64,000 nt of DNA. It comes from Clostridia bacterium. GTDB taxonomy: Bacteria; Bacillota; Clostridia; Acetivibrionales; DSM-2933. Below the pieces are notes generated by a model that saw only the letters and a program-made list of their open reading frames with translations, searched no databases and was not told the DNA's origin. Within the stretch, counting starts at the first letter, position 1, and the number at the start of each line of letters is the position of its first letter. The stretch covers positions 1 to 64,000 of the forward strand of contig JAOABQ010000100.1 in the NCBI GenBank assembly GCA_026418275.1, written 5' to 3'. A program made the translations under genes and the position numbers. This document shows, in pieces, positions 32,089 to 40,966 of this stretch.

Positions 32089-32292
32089 ATGAAGCGAAAG
32101 TTGATCTTAGTGATTATGATGGGGTGTTTCATATTGACTTTAGTTTCTTGTGGAAATAATGAAGATAGGAAGATGAATGTAAATAAATACAAAGACAGGG
32201 TGAAAGAATTCCGGTCAAAAGACGGCATTACTTCCGAACAGAAGGAAAAAATGAAAAAAAGCTTATTTCCAAAATATAAAAGCAGTAAATAA
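32089..32292 (+). CDS. small lipoprotein (lipobox LVSC), Lys-rich, unknown function
   Basis: Signal peptide 'MKRKLILVIMMGCFILTLVSC' with a lipobox. Confidence 0.4.
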   Translation: MKRKLILVIMMGCFILTLVSCGNNEDRKMNVNKYKDRVKEFRSKDGITSEQKEKMKKSLFPKYKSSK

Positions 32293-32505
32293 AAAACACT
32301 AAACCTTACATTTGACCGAAGTGATATCCAATGCTTTCGGGATGAATGTGAGGGCGGAATGATAGATTTGTTGTATTGTATATCAATAGAAGTTTCAAAA
32401 AGAGGACACTTCAAAAAAGGTTCTCTTTTTTACATTATTGCAGTCAAATCATGACACGCAAATCATATTAAAAGAATATTTGAAATATAGTTAAATGGCA
32501 GGAAG

Positions 32506-32610
32506 TATAGATAACGAACTGTAAAAGTAAAAATTCGATTTCTGACACCTAAGTAAACCAAGTATTTCATCTCTCGAATTTTACTATATTTATACTTCGT
32601 TATCTATAGA
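32506..32610 (+). repeat. Family-3 palindromic dispersed repeat, copy 2
   Basis: Termini tatagataacgaa...ttcgttatctataga and inner stem agtaaaaattcga/tcgaattttact. It lies about 90 bp upstream of ilvA. Confidence 0.8.
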
Positions 32611-32703
32611 TCGGTATATTGCAAATTTGCTTTTAACCGATGCGTTGAAAGGGTATAATTGAGTAAGGCCGTAAAGAGTCTTTAGCCGTTGCGGAGGTTA
32701 TTT

Positions 32704-33918
32704 ATGCACGATTACCATGTAAACTATCAGAGTATTGCAAATGCAAAAAAGTCACTGGAAAGTGTTATATATAAGACCAACCTGGTGTACAGCCAAACTT
32801 TCAGCAATATTTGCGGAAATGATATATTTTTAAAAACAGAGAATTTTCAAAAAACCGGTTCTTTTAAAATTAGAGGAGCGTTGAATAAAATTTTGAATTT
32901 AACCGACGAGGAAAAGGCAAGGGGGGTTATCACTGCATCAGCAGGAAATCATGCGCAAGGTGTTGCTTATGCTGCATCCATACAAGGAATTAAGGCCGTT
33001 GTAGTAATGCCTGAAACAACACCCATCGCAAAAATCACTGCAACCAGGGAATATGGTGCGGAAGTTTTATTGCATGGCAGCTGTTATGACGATGCTTTCA
33101 AAAAAGCTTGTGAAATGAAGGATTTGAAGGGATTTACCTTTATTCATGCCTTCGATGATCCCTATGTGATTGCCGGTCAGGGAACGGTGGGACTGGAGAT
33201 ACTGGAAGATAATAAGGATATGGATATCATTCTTGTACCGGTGGGGGGCGGTGGGCTTATATCCGGCGTTGCACTGGCTGCAAAAAGCATAAAACCGGAT
33301 ATAAAGATCATTGGTGTGGAAAGTGCCGGATTCGATGCCATGAGAAGGTCTGTGGAGGAAGGTGAGAGGGTTACTATAAAAACGGCGCATACCATCGCAG
33401 ATGGAATTGCTGTGAAAAGACCCGGCGATCTCACCTTTTCCATCGTGCAAAAATACGTAGACGATATTGTTACAGTAACCGAACATGAAATTGCTTCAAC
33501 CATTCTCATGCTTTTGGAAAGGGCAAAGATTGTTTCGGAGGGAGCTGGGGCGGCTTCCTTAGCGGCTATTTTAGATAAGAAGATCCTGGCGAAGGATAAA
33601 AAGGTTTGTGCTGTTATATCCGGAGGGAATATTGACATCAATTTAATTTCAACCATTATCCATAAAGGACTTATTCAATCGGGAAGAAAAGTGGAGATGA
33701 AAACCATCGTTAAAGATAAGCCGGGGCAGCTTCGTGCTGTGCTGGGACTGCTGTCGGATTTAAACGTCAATATTGTGTCCATTCATCATAACCGGGATAA
33801 GGAAGGGGTTGAAATCGGATTTGCTGAAGTAGATATGGTATTGGAAACACAAAACCGTGACCATGCGGAAAAGGTTTTTGAGGCTTTCAAAAAAAAGGGG
33901 TATCAAATTAATCTATGA
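32704..33918 (+). CDS. ilvA: threonine ammonia-lyase (threonine dehydratase) with C-terminal ACT-like domain
   Basis: PLP-lysine motif 'FQKTGSFKIRGA' and Gly-rich 'GGGGLISG' loop. Confidence 0.85.
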   Translation: MHDYHVNYQSIANAKKSLESVIYKTNLVYSQTFSNICGNDIFLKTENFQKTGSFKIRGALNKILNLTDEEKARGVITASAGNHAQGVAYAASIQGIKAVVVMPETTPIAKITATREYGAEVLLHGSCYDDAFKKACEMKDLKGFTFIHAFDDPYVIAGQGTVGLEILEDNKDMDIILVPVGGGGLISGVALAAKSIKPDIKIIGVESAGFDAMRRSVEEGERVTIKTAHTIADGIAVKRPGDLTFSIVQKYVDDIVTVTEHEIASTILMLLERAKIVSEGAGAASLAAILDKKILAKDKKVCAVISGGNIDINLISTIIHKGLIQSGRKVEMKTIVKDKPGQLRAVLGLLSDLNVNIVSIHHNRDKEGVEIGFAEVDMVLETQNRDHAEKVFEAFKKKGYQINL

Positions 33919-34464
33919 TTCTTCTTTAGAATCCCTTTTTCTTAGCAAGATCTCAATAATCTCCGAATAGATTTCCTGGGAGTACTTTTTCCAATTTTCA
34001 CAGACCAGTCGGGCATCGTTTTTTGCACCCACGGTTATTTTTAAGTCAATCAGCGGAAAATTGTCTTCATTAACGTTGCAGCTAACAATAAATTCATTGC
34101 CTGATCCCGGTTCATAATCAGAAGTTATGAGGGTTTCGTTTTTAATATTTTTTCGAATGGAAGACGCCATCTCATCGATTCTACTTTTTAGCCCTAAGGG
34201 AATCAGGTTTATAAAATAGTCAAGGGTTTGCTTTCCGTGGTCGGTTATGGTATAAAAGCAGGTATTGTCAGCTTCGTTGATTGAAAGATGATGATGGTCG
34301 CATAATTCATTCAAAAATTGCTGCAAAGAGAAATAATTCATGAATCTGTTTTCAAGTACAATTTTAGTAAGCTGCAGGTTGCTGATTGCAATATTCAGCT
34401 TATCGATGATATAAAGAACAATTAATTTGTTTTCAGCCAATTCTCTGCTGTTTTCCAAGTTCAT
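33913..34464 (-). CDS. hypothetical protein (DUF4364-like, possible winged-helix)
   Basis: Conserved hypothetical protein of Clostridia, convergent with ilvA and overlapping it by 6 bp. Confidence 0.3.
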   Translation of the reverse strand: MNLENSRELAENKLIVLYIIDKLNIAISNLQLTKIVLENRFMNYFSLQQFLNELCDHHHLSINEADNTCFYTITDHGKQTLDYFINLIPLGLKSRIDEMASSIRKNIKNETLITSDYEPGSGNEFIVSCNVNEDNFPLIDLKITVGAKNDARLVCENWKKYSQEIYSEIIEILLRKRDSKEES

Positions 34465-34828
34465 GCCTGCCTCCTTTATTCATATTTCTTGTGTGGTGCA
34501 GCAAAAGGGTAGAGCGCTAATCATTTTATTAAAGTATTATAGCATAGGAAAAAAAAGAAAGCTATATTTCCTGAGGACGATGGATGTGCAAAAACGGGGT
34601 AAAAGGGTGGGATAATCTGCTTTGCCCTGAAACCGCAACTTACTTTTACAATTTAATACCTTTAAACAAACCATACCCAATTCAAATGAATGCATACAGT
34701 GATCTTATGTTATAATAATATTTATTTGCATGATGTATTGCGCTATCCGGCAAATCAAGGGACTTTTGAGGGATAGTTCATATACCTTCGTGCAAATGCA
34801 TGTAAATAAAAATTAAGAGGTGTTCGAC

Positions 34829-35536
34829 ATGAGCTTTCCACAGCAATTGCAGGACAAACTAATGGAATGGGGAAGTTCCTTCGTGGGATTTTCGAAGGTT
34901 GAACCGGGGCTTTCTCCCAATCTTTCCATGCTGAAATATGCTGTTACGGTAGGGGTTAAATTGTCTGATTTTATTATTGATGAGATCGGAGATGCCCCCA
35001 CATACACATACTTTCATCATTACCGGGCTGTAAACAGCCTCTTAGACCAAATTACGCTGCGGGGAATGATGCTTTTGGAGGATCAGGGATTTAGGGCAAT
35101 TGCGGTACCTGCTTCCCAGACGGTCAACGATAAAGAGGACAAGTACTCAGGGATTTTCCCACATAAAACGGCAGCGGTTTTTGCAGGTTTGGGGTGGATT
35201 GGGAAAAACGGACTTTTTATAAGCAGGGATTTTGGGCCCCGGGTCCGGTTAGGAACTATTTTAACCGATATGGAACTGCCTGCTTCGGATCACAAGCCGG
35301 ACAGCGGCTGTGGAAGCTGCAGAAAATGTGTCGAGAACTGCCCGGCAATGGCGTTAACAGGGGAGAATTGGGAAGCAGGCTGTGAGCGGAGCCGGATTGT
35401 TGATGCGCAGGCTTGCAGTGAGTATATGAATAAGAAATTCAAGCACATTGGTAGAGGGTCGGTCTGCGGCATATGCGTTAAAGTATGTCCCTTTGGCGGT
35501 TCCAAAAGAAAGCGGGAAGAAGTCAAAAAAGATTAA
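34829..35536 (+). CDS. epoxyqueuosine reductase QueG-like 4Fe-4S protein (short form)
   Basis: 'GLGWIGKNGLFISRDFGPRVRLGTIL', 'CGSCRKCVENCP' and 'CGICVKVCP' resemble the QueG core. Confidence 0.5.
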   Translation: MSFPQQLQDKLMEWGSSFVGFSKVEPGLSPNLSMLKYAVTVGVKLSDFIIDEIGDAPTYTYFHHYRAVNSLLDQITLRGMMLLEDQGFRAIAVPASQTVNDKEDKYSGIFPHKTAAVFAGLGWIGKNGLFISRDFGPRVRLGTILTDMELPASDHKPDSGCGSCRKCVENCPAMALTGENWEAGCERSRIVDAQACSEYMNKKFKHIGRGSVCGICVKVCPFGGSKRKREEVKKD

Positions 35537-35756
35537 AAAATGAAATGGCGGCGGATTATAAGCGAGATATAGTAATATATGAGCTAAAAAGAAGAGTATC
35601 GGGGAGATAAATTAAAAATATAACAAAATCTACTTGACATACTCGGGTGCCTATATTAAAATGTTAAAGTGTCGAAAATTTGGTTCATTTGAGAACTGAA
35701 ATAATAGATATTTTTATATAATGAGGATTTCGATTTTTAAGGAGGTTGGAAATTCA

Positions 35757-36191
35757 ATGAAAACTTTTATGGCTAAGCCAGAAGAGGTACAAAGAAAGTG
35801 GTTCATTGTGGATGCAGAAGGAAAGCCGTTAGGAAGAGTTGCAAGCGAAGTTGCAAAGGTGTTGAGAGGAAAGAATAAACCTACTTATACACCCCATGTA
35901 GATACGGGTGATCATGTTATCGTTCTGAATGCGGAAAAAGTTGTACTTACAGGTAAGAAGCTTGATCAAAAATTGCACAGGTACCATACCGGATATCCTG
36001 GAGGGTTAAAAGAAATAAAATACAAACACCTCATGGAAAGAAGACCTGAAAAGGCGGTTGAACTTGCAGTGAAAGGTATGCTCCCGAAGAACAGCCTTGG
36101 CAGAGCAATGTTCAGAAAGCTCAAAGTGTATAAGGGTGATAAGCACGAACACCAGGCACAACAACCAGAAGTTTTAACTTTGAATATTTAG
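35757..36191 (+). CDS. rplM: 50S ribosomal protein L13
   Basis: '[17 protein letters not shown]' motif. AAGGAGG RBS. Confidence 0.95.
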   Translation: MKTFMAKPEEVQRKWFIVDAEGKPLGRVASEVAKVLRGKNKPTYTPHVDTGDHVIVLNAEKVVLTGKKLDQKLHRYHTGYPGGLKEIKYKHLMERRPEKAVELAVKGMLPKNSLGRAMFRKLKVYKGDKHEHQAQQPEVLTLNI

Positions 36192-36218
36192 GTTAAGTGA
36201 AGGGAGGATACGAGACAA

Positions 36219-36611
36219 ATGGCTAAAGTTCAATACTATGGAACTGGAAGAAGAAAAAAATCTGTTGCGAGAGTAAGACTTGTTCCCGGAGACGGAAGAG
36301 TCATGATAAATGATAGAAGCCTTGACGAATATTTCGGTTTGGAAACATTAAAGGTTATTGTAAAACAACCTTTGGCACTCACCGATACAGCTTCAAAATT
36401 TGATGTTTTGTGTAAAGTGGCAGGTGGCGGCTTTACCGGACAGGCAGGTGCAATCAGACACGGAATTTCAAGAGCATTATTAAAAGCAGACGAAGAATTA
36501 AGATCCGTGTTAAAGAAAGCCGGTTTCTTAACCCGTGACCCAAGAATGAAGGAAAGAAAGAAATACGGTCTCAAGAAAGCAAGAAGAGCACCACAGTTCT
36601 CAAAGAGATAA
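36219..36611 (+). CDS. rpsI: 30S ribosomal protein S9
   Basis: 'YYGTGRRK' N-terminus and '[24 protein letters not shown]' C-terminus. Confidence 0.95.
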   Translation: MAKVQYYGTGRRKKSVARVRLVPGDGRVMINDRSLDEYFGLETLKVIVKQPLALTDTASKFDVLCKVAGGGFTGQAGAIRHGISRALLKADEELRSVLKKAGFLTRDPRMKERKKYGLKKARRAPQFSKR

Positions 36612-36628
36612 TATTGCAGAAAATTTAT

Positions 36629-36655
36629 CGGAGCACCTTAGGTGCTCCGTTTGTT
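36629..36655 (+). terminator. rho-independent terminator after rpsI
   Basis: cggagcacc-tta-ggtgctccg hairpin followed by tttgtt. Confidence 0.8.
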
Positions 36656-36749
36656 ATGTCCAGAAACTATCCTTTGAGAGTTCCGGGACACATAGATAGC
36701 ATTTATTTGGGATCAATAGGAAATTACTAGCTTATTCTCGTTATTCCAT

Positions 36750-37208
36750 TTATTTGAATTTTTGTTCTATAATGATATTGAGTTCATTATCCAGTTCGTT
36801 GAGTTTTTCATTGAGTTCTTCATCAATTTTTATTTTTATTTTTGCCTTGCTGTCGTCTAAAACCATTTGCTTTTGAGATTCCAAGATGTTCTTGATTTCT
36901 TCACCCTTCGCCTTCAGCTTGTTTTTTGCAGATTCACTTTCCTGCACGCTAAACTGATGAAGGGAGTTTTGGAGGTCATTCAAGTAGTTTGTCAAATAGT
37001 TTGAGGTATCGTCCAGAGTTTGTTTTTTGGCCTGTTCCAACTGGCTTTCCGTTGGTTGTGTGTTGGTGCCAACCAGGAAAGAGGCCTTTTGCTGGAGAAG
37101 TGCCAAAAGGTTTACTCCAAGGGTTTCAGCTACTACCACCTGCACAGTGGTAAGCAAAATAAGGAGCAGTAGTGCTGAAGCTAAAATCTTTTTTGTCTTT
37201 TGCATCAT
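36750..37208 (-). CDS. secreted coiled-coil protein, unknown function
   Basis: Signal peptide followed by Leu/Asn/Glu/Lys-rich heptads. Confidence 0.35.
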   Translation of the reverse strand: MMQKTKKILASALLLLILLTTVQVVVAETLGVNLLALLQQKASFLVGTNTQPTESQLEQAKKQTLDDTSNYLTNYLNDLQNSLHQFSVQESESAKNKLKAKGEEIKNILESQKQMVLDDSKAKIKIKIDEELNEKLNELDNELNIIIEQKFK

Positions 37209-37293
37209 GTCATTCCCCCATTCCTAAAAAAATAAGTTTAATGCATGTATGAAACAGATAACAAATTGTAAAAGCAAGCGGGCTTGATTTATC

Positions 37294-37400
37294 CTAGTGC
37301 TTTTTAACACAACAAATTTTAAGTTTCAAAGTGCTGAAAATGCACTTCATCTGTTTGTGCCTCGCATACCTTAGTAAAGAATTACGTAATGAGGCACTAG
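37294..37400 (-). repeat. Family-1 repeat, copy C
   Basis: Same orientation as copy B. It lies in a divergent promoter region. Confidence 0.8.
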
Positions 37401-37711
37401 TTTTTAGCTGATTACAATTTGTTGTCTACAACATGCAGCATAAATGTCGGAGAAAAAGTTCATGCTCTTGAGCGGTAATATTTAGCATTCTTAAGGGTTT
37501 GGCTTATTTTTTGAGATTTATTGTATTTATCCCTTTGATATAATAAAATAGAATATGCTGAATTTCTGATCATTCAATTGTTTTGATCCTATAGGGATGG
37601 AATAAATTACATTTTCTTAATATGGACCTAAGCGGTTTTGTAATAGAGCAATAAAAATTATTGAGGTATAATCACAAACTTTAAATATAGAAGTTATTTT
37701 GGGAGGATAAA

Positions 37712-38896
37712 ATGATACTGATTAAAAATGGAAAAGTGCTGACGATGACAGGCGTAGATTATGATGACGGGTATGTTTTGCTGGATGGGGGAAAAATAAT
37801 TTATGTAGGGGATGACCTTAAGAAAATAAATGGGAAAACCAAGAATAAAAATGTGGAAATCATTGACGCAAAAAAAGGATATATTCTGCCGGGACTCATT
37901 GATGCACATTGTCATGTAGGATTATGGGAAGATTCTGTAGGCTTTGAAGGTGAAGACGGAAATGAAATGACTGATCCGGTAACTCCGCAGTTAAGGGCGA
38001 TTGATGGGGTATACCATGTAGACAGAGCTTTTGTTGAAGCAAGGGAAAATGGGGTAACTACTGTAGTAACCGGACCGGGAAGCGCCAACGTAATCGGAGG
38101 ACAATTTGCAGCTCTAAAAACCTATGGAAAACGGATTGAAGAGATGATCATTAAAGAACCTGTTGCCATGAAGGTGGCATTTGGAGAGAATCCGAAAACC
38201 GTATATAACGAAAAGCGTCAAATGCCTACAACGCGTATGGCTACCGCTGCCATGCTCAGAGAAAATTTAATCAAGGCAAAGGAATATAAAAAGCTTCTGG
38301 AGGATTATAATAAGGATAAGGAAAACAATGACAAGCCGGAATATGATATGAAAATGGAGGCCCTGCTGAAGGTTTTAAATAAGGAGATACCCTTAAAGGC
38401 ACATGCCCATAGAGCGGATGATATATTGACGGCCATCCGGATTGCAAAGGAATTTGATGTAAAGATTACCATTGAACACTGTACCGAAGGGTATCTCATT
38501 AAGGATATTTTGCTGGAGGAAGGTACCCCGGCGGTTGTCGGCCCTTTGCTTACCGACCGGTCTAAGATAGAGCTTAGGAACCAGAGTTTAAAGGCTCCCG
38601 GGATATTGTCCAAAGCGGGAGTCAAGGTTGCGATTATGACAGACCATCCTTGTGTTCCCGTACAATATTTAAGCCTTTGTGCGGCTATGGCAGTAAGAGA
38701 GGGGATGGATGAGAAAGAGGCGTTGAAGGCAATCACAATCAACGCGGCGGCGATTGTGGGAATTGATCAGCGTGTAGGAAGCCTTGAAGTCAATAAAGAT
38801 GCGGATGTTGTCATATTCGACGGTCATCCGTTGGAAATTAAATCAAAAGTAATAAACACAATCATTAATGGAAAGGTTGTTTATGAAAGAGAATAA
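37712..38896 (+). CDS. amidohydrolase-family metal-dependent hydrolase
   Basis: 'GLIDAHCHVGL' motif, 394 aa. Confidence 0.7.
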   Translation: MILIKNGKVLTMTGVDYDDGYVLLDGGKIIYVGDDLKKINGKTKNKNVEIIDAKKGYILPGLIDAHCHVGLWEDSVGFEGEDGNEMTDPVTPQLRAIDGVYHVDRAFVEARENGVTTVVTGPGSANVIGGQFAALKTYGKRIEEMIIKEPVAMKVAFGENPKTVYNEKRQMPTTRMATAAMLRENLIKAKEYKKLLEDYNKDKENNDKPEYDMKMEALLKVLNKEIPLKAHAHRADDILTAIRIAKEFDVKITIEHCTEGYLIKDILLEEGTPAVVGPLLTDRSKIELRNQSLKAPGILSKAGVKVAIMTDHPCVPVQYLSLCAAMAVREGMDEKEALKAITINAAAIVGIDQRVGSLEVNKDADVVIFDGHPLEIKSKVINTIINGKVVYERE

Positions 38897-39356
38897 AACC
38901 TTTGAAATAAAAACTTCATCCTATGAGGAAACGGTGGACTTAGGACTGAAATTTGGAAAAACCCTTGAAAAAGGGGATGTGGTCTGCCTTACAGGAGATT
39001 TGGGAACGGGTAAAACAGCTTTTACCAATGGCCTGGCAAGGGCATTGGGAATTAAAGAGCACATTACCAGTCCTACTTTTACGATTGTAAATGAATATCA
39101 GGCCCGTTTACCGCTCTACCATTTTGACGTTTACAGAATATCCGACCCGGAGGAAATGTTTGAGATCGGCTTTGATGAATATATGGAGGGAGATGGGGTC
39201 ACTGTGATTGAATGGGCTGATCTGATCCGTGATCTCCTTCCTCCCGAGTTCATTTGGGTAGATATTGGAAAGGACAAAGATTCCCCGGAAAACCGGAGAA
39301 TTATTCAGATTAAGTTTAAGGGAAAGAAATTTGATGACCGGATGATAGAATTATAA
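38883..39356 (+). CDS. tsaE: tRNA t6A37 biosynthesis ATPase TsaE (YjeE)
   Basis: 'LTGDLGTGKTAFTNGLARALGI' P-loop. Confidence 0.85.
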   Translation: MKENKTFEIKTSSYEETVDLGLKFGKTLEKGDVVCLTGDLGTGKTAFTNGLARALGIKEHITSPTFTIVNEYQARLPLYHFDVYRISDPEEMFEIGFDEYMEGDGVTVIEWADLIRDLLPPEFIWVDIGKDKDSPENRRIIQIKFKGKKFDDRMIEL

Positions 39357-39375
39357 AGGAAAGGATCGATTTACA

Positions 39376-40080
39376 TTGAAGGTACTTGCAATTGAGACTT
39401 CTTCCCTTGTAGCATCCGTTGCAGCAGTAGAGGATGGCAGGTTGTTAGGGGAATATACAATAAACCACAAAAAAACTCATTCACAAAAACTGATGCCCAT
39501 GATCAAGGCATTGATGGATACTCTGGAAATTGCTCCAAAGGATATAGACCTTTACGCTGCTTCCAGTGGGCCGGGTTCATTCACCGGACTTCGGATCGGG
39601 ATTACCACCATCAAGGCCATTGCCTACTCGCTGGATAAACCTGTTTTGGGCGTACCAACACTGGATGCTCTTGCATATAATATACCAAATAACGAGTGCA
39701 TGATCTGTCCCATAATGGATGCGCGAAATGATCAGGTTTATACTGCACTCTATAAATGGGAGAACAATAAGCAAATAAAATGTACCGAGGATATGGGAAT
39801 ACCGGTAACAGAACTCATAGAGATGGTTAAAGCCGAAAATAAAGAAATCATTTTTGTAGGAGATGCAGTCCCAAAACATCAAAAGCTTATTTCTTCAACG
39901 CTTTCCGTAAAAAGTCATTTTGCTCCGGAAAATCTAATGCTCCAAAGAGCGGCATCCGTTGCCCAATTGGCCTTGATAATAGCTGCTGGAGGCAGGATGG
40001 AGAAGGCTTCGGATATGGTACCCTTTTACCTTAGAAAATCACAAGCGGAAAGGGAATATGAGAAAAAAGGGCTGATTTAA
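39376..40080 (+). CDS. tsaB: tRNA t6A37 biosynthesis protein TsaB (YeaZ)
   Basis: 'LAIETSS' N-terminus and 'SSGPGSFTGLRIG' motif. TTG start. Confidence 0.85.
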   Translation: MKVLAIETSSLVASVAAVEDGRLLGEYTINHKKTHSQKLMPMIKALMDTLEIAPKDIDLYAASSGPGSFTGLRIGITTIKAIAYSLDKPVLGVPTLDALAYNIPNNECMICPIMDARNDQVYTALYKWENNKQIKCTEDMGIPVTELIEMVKAENKEIIFVGDAVPKHQKLISSTLSVKSHFAPENLMLQRAASVAQLALIIAAGGRMEKASDMVPFYLRKSQAEREYEKKGLI

Positions 40081-40530
40081 ATGATAAATGTAGAAGTTGC
40101 TGCGATGACGCCGAAGGATATTGAAGGAGTCTTAATCGTTGAAAACTTAAGTTTTACGATTCCTTGGTCCAGGCAAGCTTTTGATGATGAACTGACGAAA
40201 AATGAATTTTCAAGGTATGTGATTGCAAAAGTAAATGGAAATATCGTTGGATATGGCGGGATGTGGAAGGTTTGTGATGAAGGTCATATTACAAATATTG
40301 CGGTTCATCCCGAATTTAGAGGAACCGGTGTAGGCAGCAAAATCCTTGAAAAGCTTATCCGGATTGCAAAGGAAGAATGTATTTTAAGAATGACGCTGGA
40401 AGTAAGAAGGACGAATATTGCAGCGCAAGGGCTATATGCAAAGTATGGCTTTCAAAATAGTGGATTTAGAAAATCTTATTACAGTGATAACGGTGAAGAT
40501 GCTCTTATCATGTGGAGGGATAAAATATAG
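40081..40530 (+). CDS. rimI: ribosomal-protein-alanine N-acetyltransferase RimI (GNAT)
   Basis: GNAT motif 'RGTGVGSKIL'. Its start abuts the tsaB stop. Confidence 0.8.
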   Translation: MINVEVAAMTPKDIEGVLIVENLSFTIPWSRQAFDDELTKNEFSRYVIAKVNGNIVGYGGMWKVCDEGHITNIAVHPEFRGTGVGSKILEKLIRIAKEECILRMTLEVRRTNIAAQGLYAKYGFQNSGFRKSYYSDNGEDALIMWRDKI

Positions 40531-40740
40531 GTCGATTTTTTATATCTAGGGGCGATAAATATGAAATATATTGAATTATGACAAAATGATGGAATATAAC
40601 CGGTTTTGTGATTGTTTATTAAACAGTTTTTATGATTTCTTAAATCAAAAAAAGGATTTTTGTAATATTTAGTAGAATATATATAGTACCTTTATTTTTC
40701 TACATAGGATAGTTCTTATCTTGTTCACAAGTTCTGCAAT

Positions 40741-40813
40741 CTATATATAACGCACCTGATAATTCTACATTGTGCGAAGCAGGCATCCATTATTTTATGC
40801 GTTGTATATATAG
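40741..40813. repeat. 73-bp palindromic element related to Family 3 (termini ctatatataacgca / tgcgttgtatatatag)
   Basis: 14-bp perfect terminal inverted repeats, about 150 bp upstream of the Lon-like gene. Its terminal motif tata-ataacg resembles the Family-3 termini. Confidence 0.5.
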
Positions 40814-40966
40814 GATACGATCATGATCAAACATCTGGCAGAGCATGTAATAAGCACTTTAAGGGTGTATTGCAAGGCCGGTGTTTGAGTTTTATTGTAA
40901 CTTCTAAAAATATGTTTGATTCACTTTATTTGAAAATTTCAAATTGCTTATCAAGGAGGACAAATC

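Noticed and set aside
33067-33656. Antisense ORFs of 139 and 159 aa inside ilvA, and many similar antisense ORFs of 60-200 aa inside flotillin, hppA, hprK, pfk and others.
   Set aside because: They lie fully within strongly supported genes on the opposite strand, with no RBS and no recognisable domains. They are typical spurious ORFs.
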